This document shows positions 28,109-36,430 of a DNA stretch of 52,649 bases, in pieces (positions within the stretch are counted from its first letter, which is position 1; each line of letters opens with the position of its first letter). The notes below the pieces were generated by a model, which was given only the letters and a program-made list of their open reading frames with translations, had not been told where the DNA came from and did no database searches. The position numbers were made by a program, and so were the translations under genes. Source of the DNA: a virus (taxonomy: Duplodnaviria > Caudoviricetes); IMG/VR virus record IMGVR_UViG_3300025096_000028, positions 1-52,649 of that record; one strand, given 5' to 3'.

Positions 28109-28317
28109 ACCTTTTTCACTTCCGTATGAGCTGACCATATATGTTTACCTTTATAATAGCTTTCATTGTTTTTAAAATGACTTCTGTTTGGTAATGTCAA
28201 AACTAGTACTTCTGCATTTATTTCACAACCCAATAATATACCTTCTGTACCATTTTGGTTAAACATATCACCAACATTTAAATCTTTTAAAAACATTTTT
28301 CCTTTACTACACTTCAT
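28105..28317 (-). CDS. Hypothetical protein
   Basis: GAGG SD; packed ORF. Confidence 0.6.
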   Translation of the reverse strand: MKCSKGKMFLKDLNVGDMFNQNGTEGILLGCEINAEVLVLTLPNRSHFKNNESYYKGKHIWSAHTEVKKV

Positions 28318-28319
28318 TT

Positions 28320-28532
28320 TTACCTCATATTCTCTTTAATTTCATGTTCTCTTCTTTTTTCTATTACTTTTACTTGTATTTCTTTTAAGTCTTTCTTTAA
28401 TGTTTCATATGGTACTTTCCATTTCCCATTATCTACACAAGGGACAACTGCTGACTCTAGCATGCCAAGACTATTTATTAATAATCCTATTTCATTGTCA
28501 CTTAATTTAATTGTTACTACTGCTTCGTTCAT
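28320..28532 (-). CDS. Hypothetical protein
   Basis: Packed ORF in the early operon. Confidence 0.6.
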   Translation of the reverse strand: MNEAVVTIKLSDNEIGLLINSLGMLESAVVPCVDNGKWKVPYETLKKDLKEIQVKVIEKRREHEIKENMR

Positions 28533-28692
28533 TTTCTTTTTCCCATTCGTCTTTTACAATAAAATCAATCATGTCATTGCTTACTGGTTTTTCATTTGAA
28601 TCTATTCCTAGATTTATTTTTATACGTTGTATAATTTTATTCCAAACAGTATTAACACGTCTTAATTCTTCTGCATGTTTAAGTTTATCCAT
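28507..28692 (-). CDS. Hypothetical protein
   Basis: Strong AAGGAGGT SD. Confidence 0.7.
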   Translation of the reverse strand: MDKLKHAEELRRVNTVWNKIIQRIKINLGIDSNEKPVSNDMIDFIVKDEWEKENERSSSNN

Positions 28693-28704
28693 GATACCTC
28701 CTTA

Positions 28705-28991
28705 TATATAAGGGCTTGGGTAGCCAACCTTTCTCAACTTTTCTTCCATAGAATCCGTTTGGAATTCCTGGACCAAAGCATAAAACAAGCCCTCATATAA
28801 TTTACAAAATTATCTTTAGAAAACAAAGGGAATTAGTAATCCCACATGACATTTATATTACGTTGTCGTACGTACTGGTGGAGTTTCGCATTTTATTTCG
28901 CTCTCCCTTTATTCTCTAAATCTTATAAGTTAAGTGCCTAAAAATCTAGTAGATAACCGAATATAAACTAGACAAAAGACACTTTAACTTA
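28705..28991 (-). ncRNA. Array of three stem-closed structured RNA elements (28705-28799, 28815-28920, 28926-28991)
   Basis: Closing stems of 14, 17 and about 14 bp, uninterrupted on the - strand apart from G-U pairs and one bulge. Confidence 0.65.
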
Positions 28992-29010
28992 CTCTCGCAA
29001 CATATGCCAT

Positions 29011-29574
29011 TTAGAATGGCAAATCATCTGCTTCTACCTCTTCTGAGGATAATTTATCTCCATCATCCCAAGGATGAACGTTTGTAACTTTTAAAGATGT
29101 TTTCTTTTCTCCATCTTTATTAGTAAAACTTGTTTCTCTTAATTCTATCAAACAAGGAAAACCAATTACATCTGATTCTTCTACTTCACCAAGAACTACA
29201 TTTCCTTCTTTATCTGAAGGGAACTTTACATTTATTCCTTCAAAGAATTCTTTGTATCTTTTGTTCTTCCAACCTTCTCCTTCTTTAGGACTAGGTGTTA
29301 ACCATACACCTTTATCAACTCTGTATTCTCTACCTGTAACATATGCTGCACTAATAGTTTCACCTGTTGGTACATAATTACCATTGTTATCTTTAGTTAA
29401 TTTAGGTACTTCTAGTTTATTTGCTTCTTCAGCAACACGAAAAGTTAAATTGAATACTGTACTTCCATTGTATTCACTAGATTGAAATTTACTAACGTGA
29501 GCTGGATAAGTTGCTTCAGCTACTGGTGTAAAATCATTATCTTTTTCGTTATATATTGCATCTACTTCTTTCAT
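29011..29574 (-). CDS. Putative single-stranded DNA-binding protein (DUF669-like)
   Basis: FTPVAEATYPAHV N-terminus; acidic tail ending DDLPF; lies downstream of Sak. Confidence 0.7.
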   Translation of the reverse strand: MKEVDAIYNEKDNDFTPVAEATYPAHVSKFQSSEYNGSTVFNLTFRVAEEANKLEVPKLTKDNNGNYVPTGETISAAYVTGREYRVDKGVWLTPSPKEGEGWKNKRYKEFFEGINVKFPSDKEGNVVLGEVEESDVIGFPCLIELRETSFTNKDGEKKTSLKVTNVHPWDDGDKLSSEEVEADDLPF

Positions 29575-29864
29575 TTCATCTCCCCTTCTGTATGTTCAAT
29601 GATTAGTTCATTTATTTTATGTTTAAGCTCAGTCATCTCTTTAGAGTACTTTGCTCCTTTGAGTCCAGCGAAATATAACATAGGTGATACCCAAGTGTTA
29701 TCTCCTGTTTTAATATATCTACGATTGACTCCTCTACCTGCACTTATCTCTCCATTATTTCTCATTTCTTCAAATTGCGAATTTGTTAAAATGCCTTTTT
29801 CTAATAAGTCCGTAGCTTGTTTTATTGTTAGTTTACCCATCTGTTTCCTCCTTAGGTTCTTCAA
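29571..29864 (-). CDS. Hypothetical protein
   Basis: Packed ORF; probable start MGKLTIKQ at 29840 after GGAGG. Confidence 0.6.
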   Translation of the reverse strand: MKNLRRKQMGKLTIKQATDLLEKGILTNSQFEEMRNNGEISAGRGVNRRYIKTGDNTWVSPMLYFAGLKGAKYSKEMTELKHKINELIIEHTEGEMK

Positions 29865-30102
29865 TACTATAAGACAAATAACTTTGATTAATATTTAAAT
29901 TAATATAATTATTCCTAGCAAAGTCATCAGTTGTTTTCATAACAAATGTTAGCATTGGCTTTCCATGATATAGTTTAGTTCCTGTAAATACTGCATTACG
30001 AAACTCTTTACCATCATTTACTCCAATAGTATAACTATTATTTGTTTGATATAGTTCATCTCTATAGTTTTCTTTTGGTTTATTTATTTCACTTAATTTC
30101 AT
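29833..30102 (-). CDS. Hypothetical protein
   Basis: ATGA-coupled ORF. Confidence 0.6.
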   Translation of the reverse strand: MKLSEINKPKENYRDELYQTNNSYTIGVNDGKEFRNAVFTGTKLYHGKPMLTFVMKTTDDFARNNYINLNINQSYLSYSIEEPKEETDG

Positions 30103-30701
30103 TTAGCTGCTCTCTTTTTATCAAGTTCATCTATATTCTTTTTTACTTTATCAGCTTTACGCTTCAATTTTGCATAAGCTGCTTTATAGTTAGAATCATC
30201 AACTGTTCCTTCTCCAATTTCTGCAACTACTTTAGCTTCATATTCTTTATCACCAATAATAGCAAGTAAATCTAAAATAGATTTGTATTGCTCTTTATTC
30301 AATGCATCTGGAGCTTGTGGTAAATCTTCACCAGCATAGATATATAAAGATAAACCATGTAAAGATATTGCTTTAGCTAAACAACGTTGTATTGAATTGT
30401 TTACTTGAAAAGCATTAGGTTCCATTACAGTTTTATTCATATGGTCTAATACTGGATGTACTTGTGTTCTTTCTATATCATTTACAGTTACTGTTACTTG
30501 CACAAATGCACCAGCATCAGTACGCATATAAGGTGATTCTGTGTTAACCACATCTGCAAATGTATGTACACGCCACGTTGCTTCTGGAAAGTTTTCTAAT
30601 AATATTCTAACTGCCCATGCCCAAGAAAGATATGTAAATTTACCTTTCTTTTCTGTATGTTCACTTACATCTATTTTACTTAATTTTTCGAATACACTCA
30701 T
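30099..30701 (-). CDS. Sak-type single-strand annealing protein (DUF1071, Rad52-like)
   Basis: EKKGKFTYLSWAWA and QRCLAKAISLHGLSLYIYAGEDLP signature. Confidence 0.88.
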   Translation of the reverse strand: MSVFEKLSKIDVSEHTEKKGKFTYLSWAWAVRILLENFPEATWRVHTFADVVNTESPYMRTDAGAFVQVTVTVNDIERTQVHPVLDHMNKTVMEPNAFQVNNSIQRCLAKAISLHGLSLYIYAGEDLPQAPDALNKEQYKSILDLLAIIGDKEYEAKVVAEIGEGTVDDSNYKAAYAKLKRKADKVKKNIDELDKKRAAK

Positions 30702-30897
30702 CTAAACCCCCCCAATAGTCATATAAGTCATCAAAGTTACTAATAATCTTTGCCCAAGTAGCCCTGTCTATCCCAACTGAGTTTCTTGCTTGTGGACTAT
30801 ACATATTATGTTGTCCATCTTGTCTAACTTCTAAGAATTTAATCCATTCATCTTTCTTAACAAGTTTATTTTCTGATATTTCTTTATCTTTTAACAT
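30676..30897 (-). CDS. Hypothetical protein (DUF5049-like)
   Basis: EVRQDGQHNMY motif. Confidence 0.55.
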   Translation of the reverse strand: MLKDKEISENKLVKKDEWIKFLEVRQDGQHNMYSPQARNSVGIDRATWAKIISNFDDLYDYWGGLDECIRKIK

Positions 30898-31514
30898 ATT
30901 CTAAATCCTCCTGATTGTCTACAAAATTTTGAAAATTGTATTACATTTTCTTTATCGAAAGGGTATCTTCCACCCCAATCTTCTTTGTCATTTAGTTTAT
31001 CCCAAAGTTTTCTAAAGTCTTCTGGATAATCTATAGGTGCTATATCTTCTTTACCAGTAGCTTTACGAACAATTTCTCGTAATTCTTCCTTTTCTTTAGA
31101 TATTGCTTCATTAATTATTCTTGCTTTTTCAACTCCAGCCATTACATCTTTTTCAATAGTATCAACTGTTCCGTCTTTTATTAATACATCTAATAAATCA
31201 GCCATAGCTAATGCTTTTTCTTCTGAAATCAAATGATTATCATTAAATGAACCACCAGCCATATCTTCTTCAGTTAATACATCTTCGCAAACATTACAAA
31301 CAAAGTTCCACATTTGTCTCCACCACCAAACATTATTTCTAAAATAATCACCTGGATTAGTCTCTCTTAACTGTTTTTGTAATTCATAATACTCTTCTTT
31401 CTGTTCATCAGTTATTTTATTATCTTCCCACAATCTATCTAATTCTTCTCTTCTGTTTAAATCATCTTCCATTGCGTTATTCTTAGGGTTTTCACCATAT
31501 AAATCAAATCCCAT
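30891..31514 (-). CDS. Hypothetical phage protein
   Basis: MGFDLYG...YFRNNVWWWR...SGGFRIC; GGAGG SD. Confidence 0.75.
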   Translation of the reverse strand: MGFDLYGENPKNNAMEDDLNRREELDRLWEDNKITDEQKEEYYELQKQLRETNPGDYFRNNVWWWRQMWNFVCNVCEDVLTEEDMAGGSFNDNHLISEEKALAMADLLDVLIKDGTVDTIEKDVMAGVEKARIINEAISKEKEELREIVRKATGKEDIAPIDYPEDFRKLWDKLNDKEDWGGRYPFDKENVIQFSKFCRQSGGFRIC

Positions 31515-31515
31515 C

Positions 31516-31740
31516 TTATTCTCCTCCGTATCTCTTTTTAAATCGTTTAATTTTAGCTATTATATCTTCAGCTACTGTTGCATCTTTGTCGTTAAACATA
31601 AGTCTTATTCTCGTTGGGAGCACCACATCAGAATTACACACACTACAACACTTTCCATTATTAATAGGCTCAGCATTATGTCCGTATGGGTCATCATGTT
31701 CTCCTCCACATATACTACATTCTAGTTTTTTATCTTTCAT
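31516..31740 (-). CDS. Small zinc-binding protein
   Basis: CSIC...GHNAEP...CCSVCN; GGAGG SD. Confidence 0.7.
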   Translation of the reverse strand: MKDKKLECSICGGEHDDPYGHNAEPINNGKCCSVCNSDVVLPTRIRLMFNDKDATVAEDIIAKIKRFKKRYGGE

Positions 31741-31764
31741 CTAAGTTCCTCCGTATTATATAGT

Positions 31765-32493
31765 TTAGACACTATATAGACCAGGACAATGTTTGCCCTG
31801 AAATTCACAATATTTGCATTCCCAATTATATACAGGAACATTCATAGTTCCAGGTTTTAACTGTTCAGGCTCATTGTCTACTTTCTCTTGCACTTCATTA
31901 AGTTCAGTCCAGTAGTCAAATGCTTCTTCTATGTAAAGATTAGATATATTTTCTTCTCTCATCATAGAGCTATCTTTATTATACCACATTATAGATAAGT
32001 TTACATCAGTAATATCATGTTCATTACCTAAACCCATTCCATAAGTAGCTAATTGTAATTCATAGTTAACTGAAGGATTCTTGTCTGGATTTCTACCAAA
32101 CTTCATTCTCCATTTCCATGCTCCTGCAGTCTTAATATCATAGACGTGTATCTTGTCTGTTTGTTTGTTTACAACTCCTACATCCAGATGACCTACTACA
32201 TTAAGCTCAGGTATCTCTATTCGGTGTTCTGTAACAACTTCTAAACCTTTCTCTTTATACTTGTCTAGTGATTTTTCAAAGTCTGCATGTACTAAAGTTC
32301 CAAGTCTTAATAATCTATTAGATTTTTCATCCATTGGTTCTAGTGGTAAATCTTGTGTTCTGTGCAATTGCTTTCTAAAACAACTACCAGCTGCACTAGC
32401 TGAAAACCAACCACGATGTTTAGAGTATTTTTCTCTATTTTCATGGCGTAGTTTTTCTAAGTAATCGTTATATATTTTTGGTATATCTATCAT
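31765..32493 (-). CDS. PD-(D/E)XK (Cas4/RecB-like) exonuclease
   Basis: SASAAGSCFR, GTLVH, E...GHLD...YDIKT, QLATY and C-terminal CKYC...C cluster. Confidence 0.85.
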   Translation of the reverse strand: MIDIPKIYNDYLEKLRHENREKYSKHRGWFSASAAGSCFRKQLHRTQDLPLEPMDEKSNRLLRLGTLVHADFEKSLDKYKEKGLEVVTEHRIEIPELNVVGHLDVGVVNKQTDKIHVYDIKTAGAWKWRMKFGRNPDKNPSVNYELQLATYGMGLGNEHDITDVNLSIMWYNKDSSMMREENISNLYIEEAFDYWTELNEVQEKVDNEPEQLKPGTMNVPVYNWECKYCEFQGKHCPGLYSV

Positions 32494-32509
32494 TGATTCC
32501 TCCGTCTAC

Positions 32510-32538
32510 AATATAAACATATTTCAGGTTAAGTACAA
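32510..32538 (-). promoter_or_regulatory. Sigma70-like promoter for the recombination/replication operon
   Basis: TTGTAC-N17-TATATT on the - strand just upstream of a GGAGG SD. Confidence 0.6.
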
Positions 32539-32553
32539 CACCTATTCAGGCTA

Positions 32554-32615
32554 AGGCTATCGGGACATTTTTATTTCTAAAGCGGATGAATAGATAACAC
32601 CCTAGTCCCGTGCCT
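32554..32615 (-). ncRNA. Single stem-closed structured element
   Basis: AGGC-A-CGGGAC ... GUCCCG-AUA-GCCU closing stem, GC-rich relative to the genome. Confidence 0.45.
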
Positions 32616-32620
32616 AATTA

Positions 32621-32887
32621 TTATACTAATCTTTTATAATCATAAAATAATTGATTATTGTTTTTAGTATCTTCTAATACATATTTACCAAAATTTGCTT
32701 CTTTATGTTTAATTTTTATCGTATCTATATCAAAGCCTTCAGTATGTCTAAGTCTATGTATTATTGAACTTAGCCTAGTTACACGATATAATTCAAATGC
32801 ATCAAGGCTAGTGATATTACCATATTTTCTTAAGTGTCTTAATATCTTAACTGTCTGAGTATCTTTACCATATCTAAATCTTAACAT
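32621..32887 (-). CDS. Winged helix-turn-helix DNA-binding protein
   Basis: QTVKILRHL..GNITSLDAFELYRVTRLSSIIHRLR..GFDI pattern. Confidence 0.8.
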   Translation of the reverse strand: MLRFRYGKDTQTVKILRHLRKYGNITSLDAFELYRVTRLSSIIHRLRHTEGFDIDTIKIKHKEANFGKYVLEDTKNNNQLFYDYKRLV

Positions 32888-32900
32888 AATAATCTCCTTT

Positions 32901-33131
32901 TTAACTTTTTATTATACTAGCTATGTGTTTTTGTATTGCTATTGGCAAAGAACTTAATCCCTTTGGATGTGTTCTTGCTTGTTGTAACATAGCGTCTAAT
33001 ATTTTGTAAGTAGCGTAAGGTGCACTTAAATTATCTGTTCCAGGGGTATCCCAATAATAACCAGATTTAAAATTAAATACGCCTGTTTTATTTTCTACAT
33101 ATTTTCTACTGGGTCTATCTTTTCTTCCCAT
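32901..33131 (-). CDS. Hypothetical protein
   Basis: AAGGAG SD. Confidence 0.6.
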   Translation of the reverse strand: MGRKDRPSRKYVENKTGVFNFKSGYYWDTPGTDNLSAPYATYKILDAMLQQARTHPKGLSSLPIAIQKHIASIIKS

Positions 33132-33132
33132 T

Positions 33133-33360
33133 TTAATCTCCTTTATATAATCTTATCTTAATTCTCCAATTAAATAAATCTTTAATCTTGTAATACCATC
33201 TTACCAAAGGATGTGATAAGCGATAATTTGCAAATGCATTAACAATATGACCTGCTTTAGCATCATAGTTATAAAATTCCCATTCATCTCCTGTTGCCAT
33301 TGGTTCTAGTCTGTATTGATTAAATTTATCAATTCTTTCTAATTTGTCTAATATTTCCAT
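33133..33360 (-). CDS. Hypothetical protein
   Basis: Overlaps the upstream gene end; AGGTG SD. Confidence 0.55.
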   Translation of the reverse strand: MEILDKLERIDKFNQYRLEPMATGDEWEFYNYDAKAGHIVNAFANYRLSHPLVRWYYKIKDLFNWRIKIRLYKGD

Positions 33361-33977
33361 GTAGCTTTCACCTTTCTTTTTAATAAGTATTGAATATTTT
33401 CTTCAGTATCCATTCCTGGAATAATTCCATTTTTTCTACCTATAGGACCATTGTGTGGTTCAAAATTAAAATCAATATCAATTAAATGATTAAGTCTATC
33501 AGGTAAAAGAGAATCTTCTCTGTAAAGTTTTCTTTGTTGCATACACCATACAGATAAACTATGTAATTTAGCATCTACAGGTGAAATCCATTTACCATTT
33601 TCCAATCTTTCAGGAAATCTTTCACATCTTAATTGTGTAGGAGCTTCACCATATTTTTCAATATATTCTTTTAATTCAAAGAACTTAGTAAACCATACAT
33701 TACTTTGTTTATTCCATATAAATCCAGGAATCTGAATCATTAAATCATATTTCCATTGACTCAATGTTCTTTTTCTTGCTTGGTTCTTTACTTGTGATGC
33801 CCAAGTATATAATCTTGATTCTGCTATTGGTCTTTTATTAGTACTATTACTTTGTTGTGGTAATCTACCATTTTTATCTATAAATCTTAAGTATGCTCTT
33901 AATTGTTTCATAAATGCTTGATAATGTTTTGAAGTTTTATTAGGACCTTCTTTTACTTTATATTTCCATTTTTTCAT
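33348..33977 (-). CDS. Stand-alone helicase-associated (HA) domain protein, two repeats
   Basis: WFTKFFELKEYIEKYG..P...LSVWCMQQRKLYR..L..DRLNHLIDIDF, plus a first repeat LYTWASQVK...IPGFIW. Confidence 0.75.
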   Translation of the reverse strand: MKKWKYKVKEGPNKTSKHYQAFMKQLRAYLRFIDKNGRLPQQSNSTNKRPIAESRLYTWASQVKNQARKRTLSQWKYDLMIQIPGFIWNKQSNVWFTKFFELKEYIEKYGEAPTQLRCERFPERLENGKWISPVDAKLHSLSVWCMQQRKLYREDSLLPDRLNHLIDIDFNFEPHNGPIGRKNGIIPGMDTEENIQYLLKRKVKATWKY

Positions 33978-34026
33978 ATTTACCTCTTTTATAAGTTTAA
34001 TTTATTTTCTGTTTTTACCTCAATAT

Positions 34027-34333
34027 TTAGATAGCATAACTTGTGAAACTAATCTCACAACAGGCTCTTAACCTCATGCTGTTAGTGCGACTAACATCCA
34101 TGTGTGCTTATTTGATTAATGCCGCCTTGCTATTTCCGCTCATTATACTAGTATAAATATAATAATGCTTGTATTAAAGATTTTATACAAGTTCACGTTT
34201 TCGCTCGGATAGGTCTTGTTACCAAAACCAACTTGACAAATACGTATTATGCTTAATCTGTATGACAAAATCTATCATCTACACATAATTCATTTTATCT
34301 AACGCTCAACTATTGACTTTCTATACTATCTAA
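34027..34333 (-). ncRNA. Large (about 307 nt) multi-hairpin structured RNA candidate
   Basis: 12-bp closing stem UUAGAUAGUAUA/UAUGCUAUCUAA (one G-U) enclosing at least six hairpins. Confidence 0.55.
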
Positions 34334-34340
34334 TTAATCA

Positions 34341-34437
34341 TAAGGGAGACACGAGGTAAAGCGTCTTTTTCTCTTTGTTCTAAATAAAGTTGATGACAAC
34401 CATCTCTCTCGAACTCTGATAATAAAAGTCTCCCTTA
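34341..34437 (-). ncRNA. Stem-closed element with 77-nt insert
   Basis: Perfect 10-bp inverted repeat TAAGGGAGAC/GTCTCCCTTA; strand inferred from the surrounding operon. Confidence 0.55.
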
Positions 34438-34448
34438 ATAAATCATTT

Positions 34449-34745
34449 TTATCCTCTTTGAGGATGTTTTCTGTATAACATATTCCAAGCATAAGATTCA
34501 TCTGCTTCCATATGTCTAGTTAATTCTTTGCTGACCCACCAATAAAAAGTTCTTCTACACTCACCTAATATACTCTTTGAGCATATATATTTATAATTAA
34601 GATTAATTTGTATTTTTTGGCTATAGGTTTTTGAATAAAATGAAATACTTTCTTTCATTAAAGTATAGTTATCCATAGGGTCGTTATTCCCACAAAAATC
34701 ACATTTTACGTGTATTATTTCATTTTTTACGATTTCTTTATTCAT
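34449..34745 (-). CDS. Hypothetical protein, possible zinc binder
   Basis: GAGGT SD; CDFC...C......C. Confidence 0.6.
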   Translation of the reverse strand: MNKEIVKNEIIHVKCDFCGNNDPMDNYTLMKESISFYSKTYSQKIQINLNYKYICSKSILGECRRTFYWWVSKELTRHMEADESYAWNMLYRKHPQRG

Positions 34746-34902
34746 CTTTTACCTCTTTTCAATGTTATGTAGTAATTTTTCTCTATCAATTGGTTAGCTC
34801 TACCTTGACAGCACTAATACAAGTTAGTGTTACTACACCTTTTAATAATGTTACGGATAGCTATCCTTGTATATGATTCATCATCCATAAATTCTTTTTC
34901 TC

Positions 34903-34927
34903 TAAGGGAGACTTTAAGCCTCCCTTA
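34903..34927 (-). repeat. Short hairpin sharing its stem with the 34341-34437 element
   Basis: UAAGGGAGGC-UUAAA-GUCUCCCUUA on the - strand; no U-tract follows. Confidence 0.7.
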
Positions 34928-34928
34928 T

Positions 34929-35123
34929 TCATAGTCTATTAGCGATTACATTGAACCACTGATAGTGTCTAGGATAATCTATCTCCATTGTCTTTAATAA
35001 TTCAGACGTTGAAATATGATAGCAGTAACCTGTGTCACGTACATACCATACATCTCTGCCTTCATAACTAAGACGAAGATAGCCTGTATCACTATTCAGA
35101 CTATCGGTTAAACGAATATACAT
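34929..35123 (-). CDS. Hypothetical early protein
   Basis: Start revised to ATG 35123 after a maximal SD AGAAAGGAGGTGA. Confidence 0.7.
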   Translation of the reverse strand: MYIRLTDSLNSDTGYLRLSYEGRDVWYVRDTGYCYHISTSELLKTMEIDYPRHYQWFNVIANRL

Positions 35124-35477
35124 TTCGCTCACCTCCTTTCTTATTAGTTGACTCTTAATCTCTTTTATTTAAGAAAGGATTATATTTATACTTAATAGAT
35201 AATATTGTTTTATATAACAATTAAACTATATACACGCAATAGTATTATAGACAATACTATCTATCAAGTACTGAAATTCCACTCTATTTCAAATTGCGTA
35301 ACTTCATTCCATATAATCATAAAATAACTGATTATATATTCTCTATCTTATGATATTTTAAGTTTAAACGCTAAAGCACATTTAATGAGTGGCTTAAACA
35401 TACTTTATTATTTAAACCCCTAGACATCTTTATTTAGAGTTGCTTTGTCTAGTTTCTACAACTACAACTTAACTAAT

Positions 35478-35637
35478 AGGTAAGTAGTTAATAAACATTG
35501 GTGAGAGCTAGCGGTGCATATGATTCAACCCTCTTCGACAAAGGTAATCAATATCCCGTTCTCTATGGTTAATGCGTGTCTAGTCAAGGTCATCCTTGAA
35601 AGTGTCGCTAAGCACATATTTACCAACTACTTTACCT
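35478..35637 (-). ncRNA. 160-nt structured RNA candidate
   Basis: Long closing stem with two G-U pairs on the - strand; inner helices GCUUAGCG/CGCUAGC, UCAAGG/CCUUGA, UGAUU/AAUCA. Confidence 0.6.
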
Positions 35638-35647
35638 CAATTGTAGT

Positions 35648-35717
35648 TTATCCCCATGTTATACACATATTACTATATAATAGGGTATATTATCCACATG
35701 TTATCAACATATTACTA
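35648..35717 (+). promoter_or_regulatory. DnaA-box cluster (candidate replication origin) within a 28-bp direct repeat
   Basis: TTATCCCCA 35648, TTATACACA 35659, TTATCCACA 35690, TTATCAACA 35701; the two repeat units differ at 3 positions. Confidence 0.7.
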
Positions 35718-35758
35718 GTTTAATCCAGTTATACAGTTTAATATTGAGTAGATAGGTG

Positions 35759-35808
35759 AAATAAAAATAATAATAGAAGTGGGGGAATACCTTTCGGGTC
35801 CCCCTTCT
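35759..35808 (-). terminator. Intrinsic terminator
   Basis: AGAAGGGGGACCC-GAAA-GGUAUUCCCCCACUUCU then a U-rich tail, downstream of 35852-36322. Confidence 0.65.
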
Positions 35809-35851
35809 GTTTCAAGGGTCTTCTAAACCTCAACATTTCTGTTAGTTTAAA

Positions 35852-36322
35852 CTATTTAAACGCAGTTTTCTTCAGAGAACTCTTTAAAGTATTAATAGCT
35901 TTAGTTTGTTTCTGAATTTCAGCAATCGCAGTATTTAGGTTTCCACTAACTTCAAGTATAGCTGAACCAACAGCTCCTTGAAAGGTGTCACCATTAACGT
36001 TACTAGAAGAATCAGCTCCTTCTATTTGTTTCCTAGCGTTATCAATATGTTCATTACCAAGGTTCTTAGCAATTCCATATCGAACAGCGCGTCTATGAAG
36101 GCCAGCTAGAGCTTTCTCTTTCTCGCCTCCCCATAGTTTACCTTGTGCGGACTTCTTACGAAGGTCACCTAGCGTTAAAGCCATGTCTTCCTTTGCAATG
36201 AATTGAGTCACTTGACAAGGTGCAGCTACGGATGTAGAAACATCTGTAACGTTATTATCTACTTCAGGTTTCTGCGTTAGCAAGCTAACTAAGTTGTCTA
36301 GAGCAGACGTCTTAGTTGACAT
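35852..36322 (-). CDS. Hypothetical protein, first gene of the early arm
   Basis: Start revised to ATG 36322 (AGGTGG SD); higher GC than neighbours; C-terminal coiled coil; own terminator. Confidence 0.75.
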   Translation of the reverse strand: MSTKTSALDNLVSLLTQKPEVDNNVTDVSTSVAAPCQVTQFIAKEDMALTLGDLRKKSAQGKLWGGEKEKALAGLHRRAVRYGIAKNLGNEHIDNARKQIEGADSSSNVNGDTFQGAVGSAILEVSGNLNTAIAEIQKQTKAINTLKSSLKKTAFK

Positions 36323-36430
36323 TACAGCCACCTAATTTAAATAGCATTGTTATTCTTTTCATTTCAATATCCCCAATTAGGGGGGGGCCTCCCTCTATAT
36401 GGTCATATATCAAAATGCTACAATTTTTTG

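Noticed and set aside
31765-32493. Cas4 as part of a CRISPR-Cas system
   Set aside because: No cas1/cas2 or array; its position with Sak and SSB-like genes fits a phage recombination nuclease
35514-35723. 69-aa + strand ORF
   Set aside because: No SD; it overlaps the structured RNA and DnaA-box repeat, and its repeated YPHVI motif simply reflects the DNA repeat
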